This document shows, piece after piece, positions 12,620 to 24,400 of a stretch of DNA of 64,000 nucleotides. The position numbers and the translations under genes are program-made. This DNA comes from Vezdaea acicularis (lineage: Eukaryota), in NCBI GenBank assembly GCA_026025075.1, contig JAPEUI010000001.1:248001-312000 (forward strand), read 5' to 3'. Under the pieces are notes generated by a model. It made no database searches. It saw nothing but the letters and a program-made list of their open reading frames with translations, and was not told the origin of the DNA. Within the stretch, counting starts at the first letter, position 1. Each line of letters opens with the position of its first letter.

Positions 12620-13197
12620 GCGTTCGACAAGGAACGCTCAGCTTATGAAGTCAGGACCGATATGACAGTACTCGCCGGCCCGGGCAGGGTTTTTCTTATT
12701 TAGAAGAATGTGTCGTTTGTATGAAGAGCGGGTCAGGCTTGAAAAAGACGATACTCATTCCTTTGTCGATCTCTCCTTTCAGACAATCTGGGAAGCGGGG
12801 AATCTGTAACCTTTGTTGCAATCAAGCTCGGGTCAATAGCTCTTGGTCAATTGTGCTGTTTCGAATGTTTCCCATAAGCTGCATGCATTCATTATTTTAC
12901 TCTTGTCAGGAAGCTCAGGTCTGTGGGCATAACTGGGAGATGCCTATCATGCACGAAATCAGGATTACAAGTAAATTCAAGCCAAGAGATATAGAAGAGA
13001 CTCTGAACGAGCAGAATGACCGTCGTATGCAAAAGAGTGAAGTTGTGCCGTCATATGAGTACTTCGCAAATCATGAATTTTTCTGTTCTGACATTTTAAC
13101 TTTGAGCATGTAGACTTAGCCCTGCCCTGACAGCTTCTTTTGACTGCATCACCCAAGATGCGACGTTTTGTGACCCCAGGCGACTCGACACTTCAAA

Positions 13198-15274
13198 ATG
13201 GAGTACAGGCGAGGAGAGGTATGCGGAGTGGATAATTGCCGGAGCAGGCAATACTACGAAGAAGGAGGCCAATGGATCTGTCGTAATGGGCATCAGAAAG
13301 AGGTGAGCGCAGTCGCTCATGCTGGAGATATATCTAATTCTCTCCAAGGGATTTCGCGTCGTAGAGGATGAAGATGCCTTTGGAGCACAGGGCAGAAAGT
13401 CGAGGCGTAAAGAGGAGAAAGAAAAGGCGGCGCGGAGTTAGTAAATTAATCCCCCGGCACAGTTGATGTACGAGCTAAATGGTATGTCCGCGTAGTCTAC
13501 TCGGGAAGAAGAGCGTTTGAGCTGTTCCTTCAGTGCTATCAGCTTGTCCTATGGAAGCAGGTGCACTGGCTCATATCGGTGAAAGACTTTCCTCCTGAAC
13601 TCGAGGTACTTGCCCGTCTATGCTCCGAACGGAGATGTGAGGCGCCTGCTCTGACCAAGACAGGCTGTCGTGAAAGATCTCTGGGCGCTGCGGCTCCAGT
13701 TGCTACGAGACAAGACAGAGGACCTCTCGGACTCGGAATCACAGCAGACTTTCTACACGTCTGCAACTGAAACCCCTGACTCCAGCTCGGGGGGTGAAAG
13801 GCGAAAGGGAAGGGCGCGATGGACAGGCAAGGATGTGCCTCAACTGATTGAGACGCTTGCTCTGTGTTATCTCGGGACGCTCTTATTGAGGTTGCCCATC
13901 AGCCTGGGAGACCTTCAACTGTAAAGCCTACCAGTAACTCGAGACGAACAAGTAGCTATACTTACACGTGCAACAGATGGGCTTCGGAACAAGAAATCAC
14001 CTTTGTACGCGCCATACGCTTCATACCGAAAGAGATGCTATCTCACCTGCCCCCGAACCTGATCATCTCACTGGATTCACGGGTCCGCCTCCTCTTCCTC
14101 AATCAAACGAACGCTGCTAATCATTCCCAGGCCATCATGCAACCACAGGTCTTGCACAAAACCGTCCTCGAGCTGGTCCTCCTCTTCAACCGTAGTTTCG
14201 CCATGGCCATTCCCCCTTTGAACTGGCCACTCCTCCTCTTCCGCTACATCAAAGACCTCTGCCTTCCCCGTACGCCCCCACCTCCAATCCTTCTTCATCT
14301 CCGCCCTCCCCCTCCTCCTCTGCAAACCAGCCACAAGCTAAGATGACCCAGTGGACACCTACATGGCCGTCAAACGCCTAGCCTCCATGCTCAGCTACGA
14401 ATTCCAATTCCGGCCCCAACGCCACCGCTACCGCATCATCGAATACCCCGAGACGCGCCTCATGAGCCTCGTCCTCGTCGCTATCAAGCTCTCTCAGTCC
14501 TTCGCCGCTGACGACGACAACAACATCCCGGTCCAGCCCGCCACCGACACCGAACCCGCGGCCCTCGCTATCGACTGGGCGCAATGGGCGCGACTCCGCA
14601 CGCGAACTGTTACGCAGCCGACGAAAGGCGAGTTGCTCCGCACGACAGAGGAAGATGTGTTCAAGATGAGTGGGGAGGGGGCAGATGCGTATCTGGACTG
14701 GTACGAGGATATGTGGGTTAGGGACTTTGAACCCCATCAGAGGAGCAGTACGTCTCACCCCTCCTACCGCCCCCCTAAAGAAAACATGCGAGACTGACAA
14801 AACCGCCGTAAAGTCCCGAAAGCAATCCTCGACATGTTCCCCACCTCCGGCCCAGCCGTCGATCCCCGCTTTCCTCCTCTCCCGCATTCACCTCCTCTTC
14901 CCTCACGTCCTCCTCCCTCACATCCTCCCTCCCACTCCCCCTTCCACCCCTCCCACCCCACCCTCCTCCCCTCCGTCCTCGCATCCCTCAAACCCCTCTC
15001 ACCGTCCTCCACCCCTTCCTCTAACCGCCCCGGCACCTCCTACCGCACCTACCGCACCGAAACCGAGCTGCCCGACAAGGCGAAACCCCTCTTCGCCGCC
15101 GCAGCGGAGTTGGTAGGCGTGCATGTGCGCACGCTGGTCAAGGCGGTGTATCAGGCGGAATTGAGACTACGGGCGTGGAAGGAGTGGGAGGGGCGGAGGA
15201 GGGAGGAAGAAGAAGGTGCAGAAGAGGAGGGTGCGGAAGCGGGGTGGAGTGAGGAGGGTGATTCGACTGAGTGA
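13198..15274 (+). CDS. RRN7: RNA polymerase I core factor subunit Rrn7 (TFIIB-like)
   Basis: N-terminal zinc ribbon CGVDNC...WICRNGH; FELFLQCYQLVLWKQ, DLWALRL, TLALCYLGTLLLR, YPETRLMSLVLVAIKL and DAYLDWYE blocks joined by about seven short introns. Confidence 0.85.
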
Positions 15275-15315
15275 GGAGGGTGATTCGACTGAGTGAGGAG
15301 GGTGATTCGACTGAG
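15247..15315 (+). repeat. Perfect 22-bp tandem repeat, three copies plus 3 bp (GAGTGAGGAGGGTGATTCGACT)
   Basis: Identical units at 15247-15268, 15269-15290 and 15291-15312, overlapping the RRN7 stop codon. Confidence 0.95.
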
Positions 15316-15714
15316 CTGGGCGAGAAGTAGAGAATGCCGTTCCCCCTGGTTCGGGCCGTGTATCAAGCGGAACTCAGGCTCAGCGCGTGGGGTGCGTGGG
15401 CACGGCGCAGGAGGCGGGAGGCGGGAGGCGGGAGGAAGAGGGTGCGGCGGGGGCGGGGGATGTGGGGAAGGGATAGGAAATGCACTTTCCACTGGGATGT
15501 CGACTCTACACTGAAAACCCCGAAGAGGGGATATAGAGGGTGGAAGGAGAACAGAGAACGCAAAAGATGAGAGATGAGCAATGAAGACTTGGATGCATTT
15601 TCTGCGCTACAGTATACTACTACTAGACTACTACTATACCAATCAAACAACCCACCCTCCCGCGACCGCCTGGTCGCTGTGCAAAGGTGAAAGTGTGATG
15701 CTGTAGACTCTGAT

Positions 15715-15862
15715 ATTCCATAGACATAATCCATAACCATGACAGCGCCGATGCAAATATCCATACCCATACCCATACCAACGCCAATGTCCATGCCATA
15801 CTCATGACTATACCCATGCCATACGCCGCGCTATGCAATGCTATGCAATACCATGCAACGCC
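15715..15862 (+). repeat. Degenerate CCATAC/CCATG/ATGCA low-complexity repeat tract
   Basis: Recurrent 5-6-bp units (ccatacccatacccatacc; ctatgcaatgctatgcaatac) between the convergent RRN7 and GH92 3' ends. Confidence 0.6.
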
Positions 15863-15915
15863 ACAAGAAAAACCCAAAAAAGCCGCCTTGTGCAAAGAAC
15901 AGAAAAAAGGGGAGG

Positions 15916-18772
15916 TTATGCGGGTTTCATCACTACCGCAGCAGGAGGAGGAGGAGAGGGAAGAGAGGGGGGCGGCAACGACGACGGTGTAGACAGTCCA
16001 TCTTCCTCTGAGTCCAGACTTCTTACGGACTCGGTGACAGGGGGGTCCTTCTTCAGCTCATCTTTCTGCATTCCATCTTTTTCCATCGCATCTTTCTCCA
16101 GGTCGCTGACTACCCCACGACGTTTCCTGCCGCAGACCCACATCCACTTCCGGCCCGCACTCTTGTCCGTCCTCGGACGACCCCACACGCGACGCCAGAC
16201 GCAGAGAGAAAGCGTGGACAAGAGTCCCAAAAGCACAAGTCCCATGACGGCAAACGCGACGGCGCGCTTGCGACTCTCCCGCTTCTTGGTAGCGACATAG
16301 GTCAAATAGGCCTCGCTGGCGAGACTCGGGGGCAACTCCCCCGCGGCGTCCCAGGGGGCGGGATGGGGGCCCATGACGAACTCCAGCGAGCCCCCGGACG
16401 CAAAAAGGGCGGAATGCGGAATCCAATTGCGGGGCCAGGGCTGGCCGTTGAGGGAGAGGGACTGGACGTAGAAGGCGGCTGCGGAGCGGTTGAGGGCGGA
16501 GATGGACACAGATTTCCCGCTGGGGAGGGCAACGGTTAAAGAGTCGAACCAGGGGCTGCCGACCAGGAAGGTGGTTTGGCCGGTCAGCGGATACAGGCCG
16601 AGCATCTGCCAGAGCAGCCAGGATTGCATGGCGCCGGCGTCCGAGTTGCCGGGGAGGAAGGCGGGGTTGCTGGCGCCGTAGTAGGCCTGTGCGATGCGGC
16701 GGCTGCGGAGGACGGAGAGGTCCTGGCGCCGCGCAAAGTGGAAGAGGTAGGGGCTCGTGAAGCTGGGTTCGTTGCTGGGGTTGAGGATGGATTTCTCGAA
16801 GCGCGGGTCGCCGTGGGGGTTTCCGCCGGGCTTGAGCAGGGAGTCGAGGCGGCTGACGAAGGCGGCCGCCCCGCCGGTGTAGTTCACGAGAGTGGCCATG
16901 TCGTGGTGCGCGTAGAACGACAGGTCCCAAGGGAGGGCCTCGTAGAAGTCGTCGGCCCAGTAGCAGCCCTTGCAGCTGAGCGGGTCCTGCTTGAAGAAGG
17001 ATCCGTTCGCGAAGCGCGGCATCACGAAGCCCGAGTAGCCCAGCGAGCTGGCCGAGCGGTCCCAGTGGTTGCGCCAGTTGCGCGAGCGCTGCAGGTACTT
17101 GTCGGCGTCGGCGGCGAGGCCCAGCCCGGCGGCGACCTGCGAGAGGCAAAAGTCGTTGGCGGCGTACTCGACGGCGCGCGTGACGCTGCGGTTGAAGTGG
17201 TCTTTGGCGACGTAGTTGAGGGCGTGCCAGTCCGGCAGCGCGCCGCGGCCTTCCTTCGTGGATGAGTCCATGGACATTGGGTCGAAGTTGTTAGCCGGCG
17301 TCACCTCGGCGTTCTTCAGCATGGCCTTGTAGCCGTCCGCCCAGTCGATGCCGGCCGTCACGCCCTTGACGTAGGCGTCGGCGAGGACGTTGTCGGCGTT
17401 CGTGCCACCCTGGATGCGCCCGTTGTAGTTCGAGGACCGCGCGTCCGGCATGTAGCCCTCGTGCCGGTAGATGTCGATGAGCGAGCGGATCTGCTCGGCG
17501 TGCGCCTGCGGCTGGAGGATTTGCATCAGCGGCATACTCGTCTGGTAAAGGTCCCAGAGCGTGTAGATGTCGTCGTAGTAGGGCTCGGTGGAGGACCAGA
17601 GGGGGTTCTCGCCGGTGCGGTTGCTGGGGAGAAGGTGCATCCCGTAGAGGGAGGTGTACAGGAGCTCCAGATTCGTCTGGTTCTTGTCGGTGGTGGTGAC
17701 CTTGCTGAGAACGTCGGTGTTCCAGACTGCTTGGGTCGCATCTACGAGGCTGGACAGAGATGCAGACGCTGGAATCTCGTCGTTGACAAATTGGCAGGCT
17801 TTGGCGGAGCTGATGAAGGAGACGCCGACTCTCGACTTGATGCTAGTCTCATTGAAGGAGAAGACGGCTCCGACTCTCTCCGTGCTCGCCGCAATATCAC
17901 GAGTGCCGTACGAACTCAACGTGCTGCCGTTGCCCGTGAACGTGCGGACCGTCGACGGGATATCAAAGTAGCCACAGAAGAATATCGTCCAGTTCGGCGC
18001 TAAGAAAAAAAGTCAGCCATGAAGTCTTCCGGGTCAGCTGAAGCTGTTTCGAGAGATACATACATCTGTTCCATCCGTTGTTATACACACCACTCCCCTC
18101 CCACCTCCCCTCCCCCGTGACCGTCAGATTGCCGCTTACATAATTCTGGCTGAGCCCTTGCCCCCTAAAGCTTGGCAGCAGATGACTGACATCCACGACA
18201 ACACTTCCTCCTCCTTGCGGAAACCCATACTGGTACAACCCCGCATGATCCGTCGCCGCAAGCTCAACCGTCACGTTCGACGCCAGCGTCGTCTTGTAAT
18301 ACCCCACCGTCGCCTCGTCCGGGCCCGCCCTCGCCACGCTCATATCTGCCAGCGGGTTCGTGACGTTGCCGACGGCAGGCATCTGGCTGACGACGCCGTA
18401 CTTTGGGGCGCCGCCCGTGCCCGATTCGTGCAGCATGCTGAAGCCGACGATCTTGCCATTGGGGTCGTAGCCCGCGTATTCGTCGGCCTGTCCCAGCCAG
18501 AGGTCCGGCCCCAGCTTGACGACGCCAAAGGGTCTTGTGGGGCCGGGGAACATGTGGCCTGCGCCTTCTGCACCGAAGCTATGAAGGGGCAAAAGACGTC
18601 AGCGGTGTAGGAAGAAGGGAGGAGGGGAAAGGGGGGGGAGGCTTGGCAGAGGGGTCACCCACAATGGTCGGACATATTGCGTGTAATCGGCGCCAGCAGC
18701 AGCGGCAGCTACAACACATAGCAGGATCAGGAAGACCCATTGTACAAAAACCAGAAGCCGGAACGAAGCCAT
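15916..18772 (-). CDS. Glycoside hydrolase family 92 (putative alpha-1,2-mannosidase) with signal peptide and C-terminal transmembrane helix
   Basis: Signal peptide MASFRLLVFVQWVFLILLCVVAAAAA; PFGVVKLGPD, GFSMLHESGTGG, QGGTNADNVLADA, NEPSF and PGNSDAGAMQSW motifs; two introns near 18660-18580 and 18063-18000; hydrophobic AVAFAVMGLVLLGLLSTLSLCVW near the C-terminus. Confidence 0.92.
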
Positions 18773-21400
18773 AACGAGTGGAAGCGCTCAGAACGCAAAG
18801 GTGCCAAACAGCGTACAAGCCCTCAAAGACAGCGCCCGCGTTGTCTCTTATGGGGGAAAGGGCATGGAAGGGGAACGCCCGGTCGAGAACGAATGGAAGA
18901 AAGAATCTGCACGCATGTGGTGCGGGTCGAGGGGCCGACGGGGCCGTGTTCGGCGGGGATGAAGCCAGGTGGACGGCGGGCGTAGGGCTGGTGGCTTGAG
19001 GTGGGAGGGGAGTGAAGGCTGCACTGGAACTAGGGCTAGATGTCACCGGCCCTCACGCATGACGGGATAGGAAGGAGCGGCAGGCGGTGCCAAGGACGAC
19101 GCTGGAAATGCGGGTATGAGTTAGTTTGACAAATGAATGAAATGACCGGCAGGCCGAGTGAGTGTATGAACAAGAAAATGACAACGAGAAGAACACGGGG
19201 GGAAAGACAGCGGAGGGTAGGAAGTTCAGCTCACACCCAACGTCCTCGGACCTTCCCATTAAGCGCGTCGAGAAAGGCGCTGCCTCGCTCGAAGCGCGTA
19301 TATAGCCCCAACCGCTCCCAATACCTCGAACAGAAGTTGACAGGTGAAGTCCCCCCCCTGAACACAGCATGGCCCCCCCCCCTCCGCATCGCCTGGGCCA
19401 GCAATATCCACCTGTTGTGGTGCAAAGGAAGGGTAGTTGTCTGACCAGCCGCGGAAACGTCAGGAAAACGTCCGCGCCAACCATTGCCGCCCGTTTCTCG
19501 AAGCGGCCTCGCGCCCCTTGCGTGATCGCAGCCGTCACCACGGCGCTAAGCCGCATCGAGCCGGATCCCTCTCCATCGCGCGCTCTGGCTGGACCCGTCC
19601 CCGAGAACCCGCGAAAAGGGGCGCCCGTGGCCGTCCGTAGCACGTCCGTCCTGTACCGATTGGGGTGGAAGTGTTAATTGCGCGAGAGCGAGGGACGATG
19701 GCGTGCATGTTTACCGGCGGCTAAACTCCCCTCTCACTCTTTCTCTCAGCCGCGCGCACGCGGTCCGGGGAAGAAAAGGAATTTTCGCTGTCCGTCTTTC
19801 TTTGCTTTTCGCTTCCCACGTGCGCGCCGCGGCGGCAGCGGGCTGAAGAAAGGGGGGCGCGCGCCCGGCAAAGAAGAAAGCAGAAAAGGGGTGTAAGAGG
19901 GGACGCCAACCCTTGTTTGGCGTAAGCGCGCCCACCAGCTGCGGAGGTTTGTTGGTTGACAGCTGCTGCCCTTTTTTCCCACGTTGCGCACCGCATCGCA
20001 CCGCCTCACCACCCCAAAAAGAGAACAGATGCAAGGAGATCCTACGAATGACGCACGGGGTCTGGTCAGCTTGACAGAGACGTGCTGAACAAGCATCAGC
20101 AGCAGTCATCGCCCCAGCGAAGCCCCTCAGCTCGCACCGACTAACAGACTTTCTCAGCCAATCCGCAGGGACCGTCTCCCCACGTTCTTGGCGCCTCCAT
20201 TGGGTCGCTGGGTCCTTGGCGCCAAGAAAAAAGCTTCGGCCAAAGCTTAGCAGCGTGGTGGTGGTGGTCAGCGCGTCTTTTGGCTCCTGTGTATCAGAAA
20301 GCGCACCATGTCTGCTGAGTTCGCATCCACTCGACTGGGCACAGTTGTTGTTGTTCCAAACTCTCACAAAAGCAAGCGTCTCAGAGCAGTCTCACACCGC
20401 GCTGCTGCTACTCTCGTCGTGAAAGGTCTCCGTGCGGAACAAACCAAACTCTTCCTCCGCGGCGATCTCTCCCAACTCCACCCACGCGCGCGAGCGAGCG
20501 CGGCCGACTCGCCCATACAAACCTCATACACACAGCAAAGCAAAAAGTCAAACTCATGCCCTCGCTCCAAATTTCCCCCACCTCCAAACCCTCACACCAG
20601 TCCCTCTTCCCACGCGAACTCCTCCTCCATCCACTCAGCACTCCCCCCGATGACGAGCTTCACGCGTGGCGTCCGTCCCAAGCCCCCCATTACACCTTCC
20701 AAAAAGGGTACGTGTACTACTGTAAGCCCATCTAGCCACATATCCATCGCCAAAAAGAGCTCGGAAAGGTGATCGAAATGTGTAAACAACGAAAAAGTGA
20801 GCGAACCCGCAACACAAATGGCGTGATACCTCCCCTCCCTCCGTCCCTGCCAGGTCGAGACCCTCGAGACCAGGGGCTGGTCGGAAGAGGTTTAGGGCAT
20901 GTCACAACAGGCCTAGCGCGCGCTGGAAGGGGGAAGTAGTCTCACAATCGATTCCGTGACCAATTCACAATACTCCAAGCCAATCCAATTCTCAGAAGGC
21001 GTAGGTGAGATTCACTCGATAGTCGATCGATCGACGATGGGTTGAATGGGGCGATATGCGCGAAGCAGATGGCGCCTTCGCCTTCAAACTTTTCCCAGCC
21101 TCTCCGGTCTCGCGAAGAATGATCGGAAACAAGTGAGAGCAGCAGAAGAATGCGTGGGGAAACTATGATTATGACTAGAAGGTTTTGTTTAGGGTGAATT
21201 ACGCCGACGAGTGATGATGCTAATTTTGCCAATGCCAGCCTCGACGCCGCGGAGACAAGAGAAAGAGAGAGAGAGAAAGAGATTGAAATCCAAGCAGGCA
21301 AGTGGGCAGGGGGCGACCGGTATGCCCGTCTGCCCGTCCGCCCGTCCGTCCATCCATCCGGCGAAATGCTACTCAAACAGAAAAATATCCTTCCTGCACT

Positions 21401-24400
21401 TTTACATGAGCGCTAGCTGCTGGTCGATCTGGTCGTCCAGGAACTGTCGCCTCTCGCCACTGAGTTCCGTCTGCAGTCTTTGCTCGACAAGCGCTCGCAC
21501 TGTCAAGAACTCGTGAGTATCATGTTTGAGGAGCTACTTTCTAAGAAAGCGTGCACATACCTTGCTTCTTCGTCACGTTGTTCAAGTCCACCTCGTGCAG
21601 ACACGCCTGCACCGCTTCGACGATGGTGCTGTCCTCGATGCCACCCCGGCCAGAATAGTCGTTCGGGTTGAAGCTCAACTGACTCCTTCGTGGCGATGTC
21701 ATCTGCATCAGGTTGTCCGTGCTTCTCTGCTGCTGATGCCCTCCGTAAAGCTCGCTCATATTTCCCGCGGACATCATACGATTCGGCTGGGGGGTCTGTG
21801 GGCTGGCGTAGCCCGTGAGTTGCGAGTATCCCGACTGGCGGTGGTTTCCACCGAAAGGTGCGGGAGAGGGAGGCATATGCGCCGAGTGAAAGTTGGTGAG
21901 GATGGTCGATGCAGGCTTCACAGACGAGTAGACCGAGTTTCGCTCGTCCATCTCAAAGGCCTCGTCTTGGTAGGCAGGCAGCTCGGCCTTCTCGTTGCCC
22001 CGACGACCAGGCAGGTTATGGCGTAGAGCATAGTCATCCCACCGTTGCAACGGTATGCTGCGAGGATCAAAAGGCGTATCATCGACCGCAACCACCTTCG
22101 TGCCCTTCTCGCCAATGACGATTCGCGTGTTACCCCACGTGAAGTTGTCCTGGTTCCAGAAGGAATAGATGGGCAGAATGAACGAGTAGATAGGAAAGGC
22201 TAGCATATAGATGATCATCCACCCGACATGCTGCCACTGCCGCTTGATGATGAAGATGATCGCTTGGAGACCGTACACAGACGCAATCATGATGATGGAG
22301 ATCAAGGGGAATTGACCAGAGTGCGTCGAGACCCTGTAGATCAGATATCCGAGGTAGGCACAGGTAGCAGGCAGGATGATAGTACCAAAAAGATCGATGA
22401 ACACGACGAAGCGCATGCTGAAGCAGCAGAAGCCACACATGTCGCTCAGCCATACGAGTTCTCCAAGATTGTGAATCGTCGAGTTGATCCATCGTCGTCT
22501 CTGCGAGAGCAGGACGCTCCACGTCTCAGGGACAGCAGTACTGGCGTAGGCCTCGGGAACGAACTTGTAGGACATCTTGGAAAAGTACTTCGTCATGAGT
22601 GTCGTCAGATATCGATCTTCTCCGAGCGAGAGCAAGTTCTTCTTATGTAGCGTATCTACGTTGCCATCGCTGTACTCACGTAAAACGTTGTCGGAGATGA
22701 CCAGAGGCTTCCCTTTGTCGGCAGTTCGGAGTCGATACATGCAGAAGCATCCCGGCAAACAGGTGACGCTGCCAAACAAGCTCTCGAAGGACTTGGCCAG
22801 GTGATGAGAGATGTAGTACTCGTACACTTGTATCATGGTCCACCAACTTCCCTCTTCGTTTTCCAAGCTAGTCTCTCCGCAGATACCGGCGATCTTGGCA
22901 TTGTTGGTACAAGCCGCGACTAGATGGTTCAGCGAGTCCTCGCGGACGTTCGTATCTGCGTCGACCATGAAGAGATACTCGTAGAGCTCCGGATCGACCC
23001 CGATGATGTTGTTGATCTGATGGAACATCTCCAACTCAAGCGGTGACATGGGCCTGCGATGATGGACACGATTGAGAAAGCTGAGAAGTAAAATCTGGGA
23101 GTCGCGTTTGCCCCGATTCCCGGGCTTCGGGCGAGACTGCTCAGATTCCTTGCCGACTTTGACGACGACGATATATGGAACGACGTTGCCTTCGTATTCG
23201 TAGAGACCCGAGTATACTTTTCCGTAGTTGAGCTGCTCACTTCCTTGGCCAACACTCTTAAACTGCAAGGCAGGCGGATCGATCTTGGGGTCTACGCCAA
23301 GGATATCGAGAACAATTTTTGGCGTGGGCCGATCATTACCACCTCCAACAATCATACCGTCGCAGATGACGCAGATGAGCTTACGCTTGTTGTCGTATTG
23401 CAGGGCAGTTAACGAGTCGAGGCCCTTTCTGAGCTGATCTTCGCCCTCGGTGTAGGCCGGGACCTGACAGATCACGAACCTGTCTTGAGGAGTCGGACGG
23501 TTCTTGGATCTCAACTGCAGCGCAGCCAAAAACTTGGTAAGGATGACTGCGCAGAGGACGATGGTGAAGGACAGCAAGATGTAGTTGTTGACCTGACATC
23601 TGGCAGCCTTTCGAAAGTCGGTGGTGCCTGCGTAGAAAGCATTGTCGAGGCACTGGAGGTTCTTTCCGCTAGTGGTGTAGTTCAGCTGAGCTTCCCACAG
23701 TGGTGTAATATCCGTTCCTGGATTTTCCTTCACCAGCTTCTCCACCTCGGGGTCGAGGAAGTGGTATGCACTCAAGTCGTTCTGCCTGTCCGTGGTATGG
23801 AAATAGTTGGTCAAATCGTAAATCTTGTTATACAATATAACCCATTGGCGGTTCTGGTTCTGACCTTGTGACAAGATATCCTTCTTGGCCGTGACGAGAT
23901 CCCCCTTGTAGTACTCTTGAATCCGCGGCAAGAACTTCTGCACATACCAGTTGATGTCATGTAAAGCCGTCGTTGGATCGGCTTGGTACCTTGGGCCTGA
24001 TGTGTGCAGTCCCTCTGGATAGAGAATTGTGTCGTTGGTCTGAAGCTGAATAGACTGGTCCGTCACAAGGTTAGGACAGGCAATCGTGAGAGGAGGCATG
24101 AAATATTCGTCCAGGTTCAGTCCAGCAAAGGGTTGCATGTTATCCTTGGTGGTTTGGATGTTAGAGTCGCTGTGCTGCAATTTCCAGAACTTTGAGATGT
24201 CGTAAACCTTGCCATGGATGCTCACCCAAAAGTCATCATCTCCTTGATGGTAGCTGACTTCCTTCTGACTCCAGGCTTTGTCGTAGTTTGGACATAACAG
24301 TCTCCCGAACTCTATAATGTAGAACACCACGGTAGCGTTGAGAAGGAAGATGAAGAGCATGAGGACTAATTTTTCTCTCCAAGCCATGCGGACATCCGGG

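Noticed and set aside
16058..18003. Long alternative-frame and antisense ORFs over GH92 (363, 229 and 180 aa)
   Set aside because: Expected from extreme GC3 suppressing stop codons; Arg/Pro/Gly-biased with no motifs.
15916..18772. Horizontal transfer of GH92 suggested by high GC
   Set aside because: Has normal fungal introns and signal peptide, and the GC shift extends into the conserved neighbour RRN7 and non-coding DNA.
18800..21350. Many short ORFs between GH92 and csmB, and likewise in the csmB-csmA gap (26800-28900)
   Set aside because: No domains or consistent codon bias; best read as promoter/UTR DNA in a GC-rich zone.
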